Shown: positions 29,109-39,167, counted from the first letter of the stretch. The stretch: 64,000 nt of DNA from an uncultured delta proteobacterium (GCA_963840855.1 CAWJBB010000021.1:32001-96000), one strand, 5' to 3'. Numbers and translations are program-made. The notes: generated from the sequence alone by a model not told the origin.

Positions 29109-29137
29109 TATATACTGAAAATAATTTCAGGTGTCAA
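29109..29137 (-). promoter_or_regulatory. lexA sigma70 promoter with putative LexA operator
   Basis: TTGACA-17 bp-TATATA; the spacer contains palindrome CTGAAA-TTAT-TTTCAG; ATG lies 7 nt after the -10. Confidence 0.8.
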
Positions 29138-29157
29138 GGACGCGGCGAAGCGCGCTG

Positions 29158-29299
29158 GTTCAAGCCGTTCAAAACGTTCCAAACGTTCAAGTCGTTAAAA
29201 CTAAGGTCGTTTAACGGCTTTAGTTCTCAACTATTTAAAAATCATTGAGTATTGAACGACCGAAACGGCTTGAACGATTTGAACACTGGAACTTTGAAC
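29158..29299. repeat. Inverted nonamer tandem-repeat element
   Basis: GTTCAAGCCGTTCAAAACGTTCCAAACGTTCAAG ... TTGAACGATTTGAACACTGGAACTTTGAAC. Confidence 0.8.
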
Positions 29300-29318
29300 G
29301 GTAACGCGCGTCGACGCG

Positions 29319-30908
29319 TTAGACTTTCTTTCGTTGATGCGACAGGTAATCGACCAGGAGATACTCTCCCAGCCGATCGGGGCGAGTGTAAAAGGCGCGG
29401 CCCTTGTTGATGCGCGTGAGATCGTCGACGAACCCCCGAAGAACCGGGCTATCGTCGAGCATGAAGGTATTGATGGTGATGCCTTTGCGCGTGATGCGCT
29501 CGGCTTCTTTTAAAGTCTCTTCGGCGGCGCGCTGGCTGATGCCACCGAAGCTTAAAGGCCATTCGCAATAGAGCCGTCCCTGACGGCAGTAAGCGGTCGG
29601 TTGACCGTCGGTTATCACGATCATCTGCTGGTTCTGGCTGGGACGCCGTTCGAGCATTTGGGCAGCCAGATGCAACCCGTCCTGCAAGTTCGTGAATGGA
29701 TCGCCCATGTTCCAGGTCGCCTGGGGCAGGTCCTTGGCCTTCAACTCCACCGCCCGGGTGAAAAATCCGACGATGCCAAAATAGTCGCGCGGGTGCAGCG
29801 AGCGCACCAGGCTCTCCATAGCGAGGGCCACTTTTTTGGCCGCCGCAAAACGCCCTTCCCAGCTCATCGACCAGCTCATATCCAAAAGCAGCACGGTGGC
29901 CGCCCTGGTCGTGTGCTCGGACTCATAGACCGCAAAATCCTTTGGTCCGATGCGCACCGGCACGCCACCGCCGCGCAGCAGGGCGTTTTTCAGCGTCTGG
30001 ATCATGTTGATGCGAAAGGGGTCGCCCTGAACGTAGGGCCGGCTGTTTTCGGTGAGAAACTCCTGGCTGCCGCGATTGCGTGTCGAGTGGCGCCCCATGC
30101 CGTCGCGGCGCAGTTGCTGGTAAATATCTCTCAGCGCCAGCTGGCCGACGCGCCGGACGCCTTTAGGGGTTAGCTCGAAGCGCTCGCCCTGCTCCAAGAC
30201 GTAGCCGCCCTCTTCGAGCAGTGACTGCATGCGCATCACCCCTTCGAAGTCCTGTTTGGGATCGCCGCCGAGAAGTTTTTCCAGCAGCTCTTTGTCGACA
30301 TCCTTAAGCTGCATGCTGGAGAGCTGCCCTTCCAAACGGCGCAGATCCTCCATGTGCTCCATGAGTTCCCCGGACTGCTCGAAGGGAACCGGCGTCTGGC
30401 CGCGAAACAGACTGCCTTCGCGGCGCAGCCAATTTTCCAGCTTGCGAATCTGCTCGAGCTGCATCAAGAGCTGCTCAAATTGCTTTGCCGCGTCGGCGTT
30501 TTCAAAACGGTAGGATGTCAGTTTTTCTACCGCGTCGCTGACTTTGCCGGGAAGATCGTTCAAAAACTGTTGCTTGGATTGCGTGTCTTGGCCGGCTTCA
30601 CTGAGCTCGTCGAGGGTCTGGCGCTCCTGATCGACGATCGACTCCAGCTGTTCCTGCGCTTCGTCCATGGCGGACTGGAGCCGGTACTCGTCGTAGAGCT
30701 TGCGCATCTCCTTGGCGATTTGAGCCAGAAGATCGTCAATTCCCTTGGTCTGTTTTTCTCCCTGCTTGATGCCTTTTTGCATCAAGCGGCGCATCGCCTG
30801 CTGTAGATCGCCGGTGTCGTTCATGTAGTCGTTGAGCTGGTCGAACACCGAGTCGGGATCGAGACCGTCTCTGAGGCTGGCGTCCCAACGGCTGTATCGA
30901 ATGTGCAT
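29319..30908 (-). CDS. VWA domain protein
   Basis: MIDAS DMSWSM, TNLQDGL, ITDGQPT. Confidence 0.9.
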   Translation of the reverse strand: MHIRYSRWDASLRDGLDPDSVFDQLNDYMNDTGDLQQAMRRLMQKGIKQGEKQTKGIDDLLAQIAKEMRKLYDEYRLQSAMDEAQEQLESIVDQERQTLDELSEAGQDTQSKQQFLNDLPGKVSDAVEKLTSYRFENADAAKQFEQLLMQLEQIRKLENWLRREGSLFRGQTPVPFEQSGELMEHMEDLRRLEGQLSSMQLKDVDKELLEKLLGGDPKQDFEGVMRMQSLLEEGGYVLEQGERFELTPKGVRRVGQLALRDIYQQLRRDGMGRHSTRNRGSQEFLTENSRPYVQGDPFRINMIQTLKNALLRGGGVPVRIGPKDFAVYESEHTTRAATVLLLDMSWSMSWEGRFAAAKKVALAMESLVRSLHPRDYFGIVGFFTRAVELKAKDLPQATWNMGDPFTNLQDGLHLAAQMLERRPSQNQQMIVITDGQPTAYCRQGRLYCEWPLSFGGISQRAAEETLKEAERITRKGITINTFMLDDSPVLRGFVDDLTRINKGRAFYTRPDRLGEYLLVDYLSHQRKKV

Positions 30909-30948
30909 CGTGAGAACCGGTGTCCTGAGCCTTACTCACTACCCAGAA

Positions 30949-32346
30949 CTACTTGCCGTAGGTGGCCCGACCACCTTCTACTTCTTTATTCAATTTTTGG
31001 TGCAAGTGGAGCCCTTCAAGGACGAATTCAGTGGCGGACGCCATCAGCGACGGTGATTCTTGAATGCCGAGATTGCGGATCGCCTCCTTGAGACCGGGGA
31101 TTTCCTTGATCCCTTCCAAATAATCCTGTGACGCCATCTGGTCCGACACTTCCACGCCCCAGCCGGCGTTGAAGTATTCCACGACTTTTTGCAGCGAATT
31201 GAGACTGAAGTGCTGATCGAAGACCTTCACGATGGAGCGGTTGAGGAGCTTCTCCACCAACTCGCCTTCCTTCTTGTCCTCGCCGACATACTCGATCTCG
31301 ATTTTGCCGGTGGTGGACGCCAGCAGGGCGTGAAGATCGCTGATGCGCGGGACGATGTCGTTTTCCTTCAGGCGTAGCGCGCGCTTTTCGGCGTTGCTGA
31401 TCAAGCTTTCGTAGTTGTTGATCGTGACGCGCACGCTGACGCCGGACGACTGATTGATCTCGTTGGACTTGCGCGCCTCGAAGGTCAGGCAGCCGAGGAT
31501 CTCCTTCATGAAGCCCGGCACTTCCACTTTCCGGCTGCGCTTGTCCGTGGGACCGGCTTCCTGTTCCATGATCGCGAGCTCGTCGCCGATGTTCTTCGGG
31601 TAGTGCGTGCGAATCTGCATGTCGAAGCGGTCCTTGAGGGGCGTGATGATTCTACCCCGGCTGGTGTAATCCTCGGGGTTGGCGCTCGCCACGATGACCA
31701 CATCCAGGGGCAGGCGGATCTTGTAGCCTTTTATCTGAACGTCTTTTTCCTCCATCAGGTTGAACAAGCCGACCTGGACTTTTTCCGTCAGGTCGGGCAG
31801 CTCGTTGATGGCGAACACACCGCGGTTGGTGCGCGGCACGAGGCCGTAATGGATCGTTTCTTCGTCCGCGAGATAACGCCCCTCGGCGACTTTGATGGGA
31901 TCGATCTCGCCGACGAGATCGGCGATGGAAACATCCGGGGTGGCGAGCTTTTCGCCGTAGCGGGCGTCGCGGTCGATCCACTCGATGGGCAAACCATCGC
32001 CCGTCTCTTCGGCCTTTTTGCGGCAGGCGCGACAGATCGGCTGATAGGGATTGTCGTTGATTTCACAACCCGCCACGATGGGGATGCGCTCGTCTAACAG
32101 ACTGACAAGCCCGCGAATAATGCGCGACTTGGCTTGGCCGCGCTCGCCTAGAAAAACCATGTGATGACCGGATAGAATCGCATTTTCGATTTCCGGAATG
32201 ACTGTATCGTTGTAACCGATGATGCCCGGCAATATCCGATTGCCGCTTTCCAAGTGTTGCACTAAATTTTTCCGCATCTCGTCGCGCACAGATAAGACTG
32301 CGATGCCGCTTTTTTTAAGTTCCCCCAGTGTTTTTGCTTCGCTCAC
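30949..32346 (-). CDS. AAA+ ATPase (Mg-chelatase ChlI/MoxR-like), VWA partner
   Basis: GERGQAKS, AINELPDL, RGRIITPLKDRF. Confidence 0.9.
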   Translation of the reverse strand: MSEAKTLGELKKSGIAVLSVRDEMRKNLVQHLESGNRILPGIIGYNDTVIPEIENAILSGHHMVFLGERGQAKSRIIRGLVSLLDERIPIVAGCEINDNPYQPICRACRKKAEETGDGLPIEWIDRDARYGEKLATPDVSIADLVGEIDPIKVAEGRYLADEETIHYGLVPRTNRGVFAINELPDLTEKVQVGLFNLMEEKDVQIKGYKIRLPLDVVIVASANPEDYTSRGRIITPLKDRFDMQIRTHYPKNIGDELAIMEQEAGPTDKRSRKVEVPGFMKEILGCLTFEARKSNEINQSSGVSVRVTINNYESLISNAEKRALRLKENDIVPRISDLHALLASTTGKIEIEYVGEDKKEGELVEKLLNRSIVKVFDQHFSLNSLQKVVEYFNAGWGVEVSDQMASQDYLEGIKEIPGLKEAIRNLGIQESPSLMASATEFVLEGLHLHQKLNKEVEGGRATYGK

Positions 32347-32436
32347 GTGATTCGGCCTCCCTAATCGTTAATATGATTGCTGCCCAATGTCGTGTCTCAG
32401 AAATCTGATTTCGCAACTCACTTCTGTTTGATAGCA

Positions 32437-32928
32437 TTACTCCGCCAGGCTCTCAAAATGCGGTTTCAAGCGGTCGTAGCTGTCGAGCAGATGCTGGGGC
32501 ATGACGCGTGTCTCGCCTACGACCGGCATGAAGTTCGTGTCCCCTTCCCAACGCGGCACCAAGTGCCAATGCAAATGATCTTCCACACCGGCCCCCGCGC
32601 ACTTGCCAAGATTCATGCCGAGGTTGATTCCGCCCGGATTGAGAACGGCGCGGACGATAGCCACCGAACGGCGCAGCGTTTCCTGCAGGTCGGTATGCTC
32701 GTTCTGGGGCAAATCATCAAGTTTGTTTTCATGTCGCTTGGGCGCCAGCAGGAGATGGCCGTTGTTGTAAGGGTATTTATTGAGCATGACCAGCGAATGT
32801 TTAGTTTGGGTCAAGACCAAGGTCTCGCGCGGCTGTTCTTGAAGGTTTTTTGCACAAAAGATGCAACCTCCGACTTTGCCGCCCTGGTCGATATAGACCA
32901 TTCTCCAGGGGGCCCAGAGTTGCTTCAC
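32437..32928 (-). CDS. HIT family hydrolase (Ap4A phosphorylase-like)
   Basis: LWAPWR, CIFC, NKYPY, HLHWH. Confidence 0.9.
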   Translation of the reverse strand: MKQLWAPWRMVYIDQGGKVGGCIFCAKNLQEQPRETLVLTQTKHSLVMLNKYPYNNGHLLLAPKRHENKLDDLPQNEHTDLQETLRRSVAIVRAVLNPGGINLGMNLGKCAGAGVEDHLHWHLVPRWEGDTNFMPVVGETRVMPQHLLDSYDRLKPHFESLAE

Positions 32929-33248
32929 GCCCCGGCTCCGTCGTCATCCATGTCTTCGGCATCGTAGGGTTTGCCATCGACCCGCAGGCGCAGCTCCTTA
33001 CCGACTTTGAAAAACGGCACGCGCTTGGCTGCCACCGATACCAGCTCGCCGCTCTTGGGGTTGCGCCCCTGGCGCGCGCGGCGGTGCTTTACCACGAAAC
33101 TGCCGAAGCCGCGAATCTCAATGCGGTCGCCTTGCGCCAGTGATTCCACCATGGAGTCGAAGATCGCATTGATGATCACTTCCGAGTCTCTTCGCGAGAG
33201 ATGCGGAAAGCGCTTGTTCACTTCGTCGATCAAGTCTCTTTTTGTCAT
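32925..33248 (-). CDS. ihfB: Integration host factor subunit beta
   Basis: MTKRDL, RIEIRGFGSF, GRNPKSGE, FKVGKELR. Confidence 0.9.
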   Translation of the reverse strand: MTKRDLIDEVNKRFPHLSRRDSEVIINAIFDSMVESLAQGDRIEIRGFGSFVVKHRRARQGRNPKSGELVSVAAKRVPFFKVGKELRLRVDGKPYDAEDMDDDGAGA

Positions 33249-33321
33249 ATCATCCCCCTCACGCGCCGAAAAAGGCCATTTGTCTTTCTGCAGCGGGCCG
33301 CGCCTTGCGTCTGTTGAGCGG

Positions 33322-34221
33322 TCATGGGAGCAATGACGGCGACCATTCATAACGCAGCCAGCTGCTTTCGCGGCGTGGCATTCTAACACCAAATGCTCCG
33401 AAGAATATTCTGTCCCACCAACTCTCCCGTTCGGCGCGCGAATAATAGACCGCCGGCCTGGTTTCTACCCCAGCCTGCTTGGCGGCGAGGTCGATGGCAT
33501 CCTCCAGCGTGCCGAACTGGTCGACCAAGCCGAGTTCTTTTGCCTGCGCGCCGGAATAAACGCGTCCATCGGATAGTTTTCGGACGGCCGCCTCGTCCAT
33601 GTCGCGGCCTTTGGCCACCGCGCTGACGAATTGGCCGTGGACATTGTCCACCAGCGACTGCAAAATCGCCCGCCCCTCCGCGGACAGCGGTTGAAATGGC
33701 GAACCTATGTCTTTGTTGTCGCCGCTTTTGACGTTGTAACCCTTAACACCGATCTTTTTCATGAGATCTTCGACGTTGCCGAGCTGCATGATCACGCCGA
33801 TGGAGCCGGTCAAGGTGCCGGGATTGGCGACGATCTTATCGCAGGCACTGGCAATATAATAACCGCCTGAGGTCGCCATGCCGCCCATGGAGGCGATGAT
33901 CGGCTTGCTGGCTTTGGCCTTGCGGATTTCCGCGAAGATTTCCTGGGTCGGTGCCACGGCGCCGCCCGGCGAGTCGATGCGCACCACCACCGCTTTGATC
34001 CACGGCGCTTCTTTAAATCGTTTGAGCTCGCCCAAGACTTGGCGGGAGTCATCAATGGCGCCGTCGATGAGCAGGACGCCGACGCCGTCGTCGGAGAGCA
34101 TGGATAGAACTTTAGACTCCCCGCCGGTTATGTAGGCGAAGAAAAACGCGCCGGTAAAGACCACCAGAATAAAGACCCCAAGCAGTCCTATTCCTTTCAA
34201 GACCGGATGGCGGCTAGACAT
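33322..34221 (-). CDS. sppA: Signal peptide peptidase
   Basis: IDSPGG, ATSGGYY, TGSIGVI. Confidence 0.9.
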   Translation of the reverse strand: MSSRHPVLKGIGLLGVFILVVFTGAFFFAYITGGESKVLSMLSDDGVGVLLIDGAIDDSRQVLGELKRFKEAPWIKAVVVRIDSPGGAVAPTQEIFAEIRKAKASKPIIASMGGMATSGGYYIASACDKIVANPGTLTGSIGVIMQLGNVEDLMKKIGVKGYNVKSGDNKDIGSPFQPLSAEGRAILQSLVDNVHGQFVSAVAKGRDMDEAAVRKLSDGRVYSGAQAKELGLVDQFGTLEDAIDLAAKQAGVETRPAVYYSRAERESWWDRIFFGAFGVRMPRRESSWLRYEWSPSLLP

Positions 34222-34259
34222 GAGGGCGGCTCTCGCTGGTCATTCTGCTCACAGGTTTC

Positions 34260-35999
34260 TCACTTGTCCTTGCGGCGGCCGGTCCCTTCCTCGTCCCGGT
34301 CCAACCTTAGCTCGTCGTTCAGCAGGGACTCGAAGGAGAACCTACCACCTTCTTTTTCTTTCTTGAGATAGTTCTCCATCTCCTGGCGCTCTTCCGACCG
34401 GCGCAGTGCCTTGACGCTGAGTCCGATTTTTTTCTCGTGGGTATCGATATTAATGACTTCCGCCTCAACCTCGTCCCCCGGTTTATAAAGGCTCGATGGC
34501 TTGTCAATCCGCTCGGTGCTGAGCTGGGATACATGAATCAATCCCTCAATGCCTTCTTCGATGCGCACGAAAACACCGAAATCGGGGACGCTGGTCACCT
34601 GCCCCTTGACTCTCGACCCCACCGGGTACCGTTCGGCGACGACTTGCCAGGGATCGGGGTTCATCTGTTTGATGCCGAGAGAGAATCTGGCGGTTTCGAC
34701 ATTGACACCCAACACTTTGGCTTCGACGACGTCGCCCTTTTTGTAAAGTTCCGAAGGATGTTTGATTTTCTTGGTCCAGTGTATATCCGAGATATGGACC
34801 AGCCCGTCGATGCCTTCTTCGATACCGACGAAAATACCGAAGTCGGTCACATTGCGCACCGGGCCTTTAACGACGCTCCCCACCGGATACTTCCCCTTGG
34901 CTTCTTCCCACGGATTGACCATGACCTGTTTAAGCCCGAGAGAGATGCGCCGGTGTCCTGGATCGATATTGAGCACGACCACCTCGACGCCCTGTCCAAT
35001 CTGAAGAAGCTTTGACGGGTGGGCAATTTTTCTGGTCCACGACATCTCGGAGATATGAATGAGTCCCTCGATGCCGCTTTCCAGCTCGACGAAAGCGCCG
35101 TAGTCCATAAGGCTGATGACCTTGCCTTGAACACGGGCGCCCACGGGGTATTTTTCCGTCACCGTATGCCAGGGATCGGGAGTCAACTGTTTCATGCCAA
35201 GAGAGATTCTTTCTTTCTCGTTGTCGAATTTCAGCACCACGACCTTGACCTTATCGCCCACCTGGACGATCTCCGACGGGTGGGCAATACGGCCCCAGGA
35301 CATGTCGCTGATATGGAGGATGCCATCAATGCCTCCCAGGTCGACGAACGCACCGTATCCCGTGATGTTTTTTACCGTGCCTTCAAGGATCACGCCTTCT
35401 TCGATCACCTTGAGAACTTCGTGTTTGAGAACATCCCGCTCCTTTTCCAGGAGCGTGCGGCGGGATACCACCACGTTGCCGCGCGCGCGATTGAACTTCA
35501 CAACTTCGAAACGGTCCTTGGTGCCGATAAACTTGTCTAGATTTCGGCTTGGCCGGATCTCCACATGGGATCCGGGGAGGAATGCCGGCACGCCGACATC
35601 GACTTTGAAGCCGCCCTTAACCTTGCCGACAATCGCCCCCTCGACGGCGCGCCCCTCGTTGAACGCCTTTTCAAGATCCTCCCAGACTTTTATGCTTTCG
35701 GCGCGCTGCCGCGACAAGACGATGCCGCCATTTTCCCCTTCGGACGAAGCGAAATAAACATCGACTTCGTCGTCTACTTTGATCTGGAGATTACCTTGCC
35801 GGTCGCTGAACTCCTGAACCGGAATTTGTCCTTCGGACTTGTAGCCGACGTCGATCAAGACATGGGTTGCCGTGATCCCCACCACCCGCCCCTTGACGAT
35901 GCCTCCCGGTTTTACCGTGCGCAGGCTTTCCTCGAATAGCGTCTCGAACTCGTTAAGGCCTCCCGCGTCGGCGCCTTTGTTTGCATCATTTTCCGCCAT
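34260..35999 (-). CDS. rpsA: 30S ribosomal protein S1
   Basis: Repeated S1 domains (GAFVDLGGIDGILHISD and others). Confidence 0.95.
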   Translation of the reverse strand: MAENDANKGADAGGLNEFETLFEESLRTVKPGGIVKGRVVGITATHVLIDVGYKSEGQIPVQEFSDRQGNLQIKVDDEVDVYFASSEGENGGIVLSRQRAESIKVWEDLEKAFNEGRAVEGAIVGKVKGGFKVDVGVPAFLPGSHVEIRPSRNLDKFIGTKDRFEVVKFNRARGNVVVSRRTLLEKERDVLKHEVLKVIEEGVILEGTVKNITGYGAFVDLGGIDGILHISDMSWGRIAHPSEIVQVGDKVKVVVLKFDNEKERISLGMKQLTPDPWHTVTEKYPVGARVQGKVISLMDYGAFVELESGIEGLIHISEMSWTRKIAHPSKLLQIGQGVEVVVLNIDPGHRRISLGLKQVMVNPWEEAKGKYPVGSVVKGPVRNVTDFGIFVGIEEGIDGLVHISDIHWTKKIKHPSELYKKGDVVEAKVLGVNVETARFSLGIKQMNPDPWQVVAERYPVGSRVKGQVTSVPDFGVFVRIEEGIEGLIHVSQLSTERIDKPSSLYKPGDEVEAEVINIDTHEKKIGLSVKALRRSEERQEMENYLKKEKEGGRFSFESLLNDELRLDRDEEGTGRRKDK

Positions 36000-36004
36000 G
36001 AGCC

Positions 36005-36706
36005 CTAGCTCCGATCTTCTTGGTTTACTGAATTCTGAGTTAGTCGCGATCGTATCAAATCCATGACGCGCTCGGCCACCGCATCCGCCGTGAGCGTGGA
36101 GGTATCGATCGCCACGGCATCCTCCGCCTTGCACAGCGGCGCCAGATCGCGCCCGCTGTCGCGCTGGTCGCGCTCCTTAATTTCGCGCACCGTCGTCTCT
36201 AACGAGACTTGCCGCCCGCCGCCGAGCAGTTCCTCGTAGCGGCGCCGCGCCCGCTCATCGAGCGATGCGTCGAGATAAATTTTAATTTCCGCGCCTGGAA
36301 AAATCACCGTGCCGATGTCGCGCCCTTCGGCGACGATATGGCCTTTCCCGCCCGCCGCGCGTTGCAGCTCCAACATTCTCTGGCGCACAGTCCTTTGTGT
36401 CGAAACCTTGGATGCCATCTGGCTTACTTCCGGCGTGCGAATCAAGTCCGCGACATCCACGCCATCGAGCATCACGCTCAACCGCCCGGCGTTTTCATTC
36501 AGGCCGATTTCAGTTTCGCGCACCAGCGCCGCCAATCCTGGTTCGTCACCCAGGTCTAGCCGTTGCCGCAACACTTTCAGCGCCAGCGCCCGGTACATGG
36601 CGCCAGTGTCCAAGTAGGTAAAACCAAGTTCTTTGGCCAATCGTTTCGCCAACGTGCTTTTTCCCGCTCCCGACGGTCCGTCAATTGCGACAATCACATC
36701 GTTCAT
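36005..36706 (-). CDS. cmk: Cytidylate kinase
   Basis: IDGPSGAGKST, DTGAMYRA, EGRDIGT. Confidence 0.95.
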   Translation of the reverse strand: MNDVIVAIDGPSGAGKSTLAKRLAKELGFTYLDTGAMYRALALKVLRQRLDLGDEPGLAALVRETEIGLNENAGRLSVMLDGVDVADLIRTPEVSQMASKVSTQRTVRQRMLELQRAAGGKGHIVAEGRDIGTVIFPGAEIKIYLDASLDERARRRYEELLGGGRQVSLETTVREIKERDQRDSGRDLAPLCKAEDAVAIDTSTLTADAVAERVMDLIRSRLTQNSVNQEDRS

Positions 36707-36764
36707 CCCAAACTGCCCCTCAGCAGCAGTTCGCGTGCTTCGATCCTTCGGTTTAGCTCAGTAT

Positions 36765-36860
36765 AGCACGAACGGCAAATAACCAATGATTTCATCCACT
36801 GCGCCGTTCGCCCGGAGGCTCTGGAAGGGTGAACCGAGGGTTTTTTCAGCAGCCCGCTAG
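36765..36860. repeat. REP/MITE-like remnant between aroA and cmk
   Basis: CCGTTCGCCCGGAGG..GAAGGG plus IS-end-like TTTTTCAGCAGCCCGCTAG. Confidence 0.5.
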
Positions 36861-36887
36861 TGGAGCGACTATCCTCTGTCTTGCGTC

Positions 36888-38174
36888 TCATTGCAACCGC
36901 ATTTGGTCCATTAAGTCAAAGAACGTCGGGAACGAAATATCGGCGCAGCGGGCGTCGTCGATCTCGATCGCGCCGTCGCTAGAAAGCGCGGCGACGGCGA
37001 ACGACATGGCCACACGGTGATCGGCGAAACTGCGCACCGCGGCGCCACGCAAACAGCCGCCGCCGTAAATGGTCATGCCATCTTCCCGCTCCTCTACTTT
37101 AACGCCAAGGCGCCGCAGCCCCTCGGTCATGGCCGCGATGCGGTCCGACTCCTTGTAGCGCAGTTCTTTAACGCCTGAGAACGTCGTCACCCCGCCGGCC
37201 AAGGCCGCCGCAACCGACAGCACCGGATATTCATCGATGGTGCGGGCCGCCAGCTCCGGTTCCACCTCGACGCCGCGCAGCGCGCCGCCGCGCGCGCGTA
37301 TATCCGCCACGCGTTCGCCCGCTTCGCTGCGCTCATTCATTAATTCGATGGCAGCGCCCATGCGCTTTAGAACTTCAATGATCCCATCGCGGGTGGGATT
37401 GCAACCCACGTTGCGAATCGCGATATCCGAACCCGGCACCGTCGCGGCCGCCACCAGGAAGAAAGCCGCTGACGATATGTCGCCGGGAATGCGCACGTTC
37501 TGAGCCACGAGGCTCTGTCCGCCATCCAACGTGACGACGTTTCCCTGCGCGCTGAGACGGCAGCCGAAGCCGGCGAGCATCACTTCGGTGTGGTCGCGGG
37601 ATTTGATCGGTTCTACTACAGTCGTTGTGCCCGAAGCTTGCAGTGCCGCCAGTAGGATCGCCGACTTTACCTGTGCGCTGGCGATGGGCATAGGGTAGTG
37701 GATGCCGTGCAGCCCGCCGCCTTGAATTTCCAGCGGCGCCAGGCCATTGTCCGCAGCGCTCCCAATATTCGCGCCCATGAGACGCAAGGGATCGATGATT
37801 CTTTGCATCGGCCGCTGGCGCAACGAGCCGTCGCCGTCCAGCCTGCTGAGAAACGGCCGACCGGCCAGCGCGCCGGACATGAGTCGCATAGTGGTGCCGG
37901 AGTTACCGCAGTCGATGACCGCCGCCGGCGCTTGAAGTCCGTCCCATCCCTTGCCTTCGACGCAGAGCGCTTCCCCGGAACGAAAAATTTCCACGCCCAA
38001 CTGGCGAAACGCTCTGACGGTACGCGAGTTGTCATCGCCGCCGGAAAGATTGGAAATACGGCTCTGGCCCTGGGCCACGCTCGCCAGCATTACCGCTCGG
38101 TGGGCGATGGACTTGTCTCCGGGAACGACGATTTCTCCGCAGAGCGGTTTCTTAACGGGTTCAATCCTTTTCAT
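36888..38174 (-). CDS. aroA: EPSP synthase
   Basis: PGDKSIAHR, GNSGTTMRL, SAQVKSA, KESDR, DHRVAM. Confidence 0.95.
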   Translation of the reverse strand: MKRIEPVKKPLCGEIVVPGDKSIAHRAVMLASVAQGQSRISNLSGGDDNSRTVRAFRQLGVEIFRSGEALCVEGKGWDGLQAPAAVIDCGNSGTTMRLMSGALAGRPFLSRLDGDGSLRQRPMQRIIDPLRLMGANIGSAADNGLAPLEIQGGGLHGIHYPMPIASAQVKSAILLAALQASGTTTVVEPIKSRDHTEVMLAGFGCRLSAQGNVVTLDGGQSLVAQNVRIPGDISSAAFFLVAAATVPGSDIAIRNVGCNPTRDGIIEVLKRMGAAIELMNERSEAGERVADIRARGGALRGVEVEPELAARTIDEYPVLSVAAALAGGVTTFSGVKELRYKESDRIAAMTEGLRRLGVKVEEREDGMTIYGGGCLRGAAVRSFADHRVAMSFAVAALSSDGAIEIDDARCADISFPTFFDLMDQMRLQ

Positions 38175-38237
38175 ACGACCATTTTGATTATTCATTGTCC
38201 GGTGAAGACCACGACAAACGAACTGCCGAGTAAATCC

Positions 38238-38304
38238 TGCTTGAACCGGGCTCAAAGCATTCCAAACGTTTTGAGCGACTTGAACGGCTTGAACGATTTG
38301 AACC
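38238..38304. repeat. Nonamer tandem repeat
   Basis: TTGAGCGACTTGAACGGCTTGAACGATTTGAAC. Confidence 0.7.
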
Positions 38305-38312
38305 CTTCGATT

Positions 38313-39167
38313 TCATCCCAGTTGCTCTCGCACTTCATTGGCGTTGGCGAATTCCCGGTCGAGGGCGCGCCCGTTGCCGCCATCGACCCAACGCTTCATC
38401 CGTTCGAGGTTGCGGATGTAGGTGCCCAGCGATCTGGATACGGCGCGACGGTTAAGCAGACAGATGTCGCGCCAAAGCTCCGGCCGGCTCGACGCAATCC
38501 GGGTGATGTCTTTAAAACCGCCGGCGCAAAAACGTTTCAAATCAACTCCATCTAATTTGGTCTGATCCAGGGCATTGACCAGCGCAAAGGCGGCCATGTG
38601 GGGCAGATGGCTGACCACACCCAGGATATGGTCATGCCGGTTGGCATTGATGATTTCCACGTAGGCTCCGACACGACGCCAGAGCAGCACCATCTTTTTC
38701 AACGCCGCGCGATTGGTTTTTCGCGTCGGCGTCAAGACGCAAAGCCGCCCCATGAAAAGATTTTCGCGAGCGGCTTCGGCGCCCCACTGCTCGCTGCCCG
38801 CGATCGGATGGGCGCCGACAAAGTGAATGCCCGCGGGCAGGAGCCTTTCCATACCGCGCACGATTTGCCCTTTCACGCTGCCAACGTCGCTCACGATGCA
38901 GCCGCGCTTGAGCCGCGGCAAAAATGCCTCGGTCAATGGCACGATGGTTTGCACGGGCGTCCCCAGCATCAGAAAGTCGGTGTCGGCGGGAATTTCTTCT
39001 TCTCTCACGAAATAGCCGTCGATGATGCGCTTTCTTCGCGCGATTTTTAGATTAGCTTCCGTGCGACCATAGCCGACGATTTCTTTGACCAGACCGCGCC
39101 GGCGCATGTCCAGCGCCAGCGAGCCACCGATCAGCCCCACGCCCGCCACTACCATTTTTTGAAACAT
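38313..39167 (-). CDS. tyrA: Prephenate/arogenate dehydrogenase
   Basis: GVGLIGGS, DVGSVK, HPIAGSE, SHLPH, TRIASS. Confidence 0.95.
   Translation of the reverse strand: MFQKMVVAGVGLIGGSLALDMRRRGLVKEIVGYGRTEANLKIARRKRIIDGYFVREEEIPADTDFLMLGTPVQTIVPLTEAFLPRLKRGCIVSDVGSVKGQIVRGMERLLPAGIHFVGAHPIAGSEQWGAEAARENLFMGRLCVLTPTRKTNRAALKKMVLLWRRVGAYVEIINANRHDHILGVVSHLPHMAAFALVNALDQTKLDGVDLKRFCAGGFKDITRIASSRPELWRDICLLNRRAVSRSLGTYIRNLERMKRWVDGGNGRALDREFANANEVREQLG

Noticed and set aside
30949-32346. Magnesium chelatase or photosynthesis gene
   Set aside because: No bch/chl context; it fits the generic AAA+/VWA pair
32377-32967. 196-aa ORF overlapping the HIT gene, and long antisense ORFs such as 648-1589, 39757-40743, 58090-59001 and 60597-61565
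   Set aside because: Shadow ORFs of well-supported genes in GC-rich DNA
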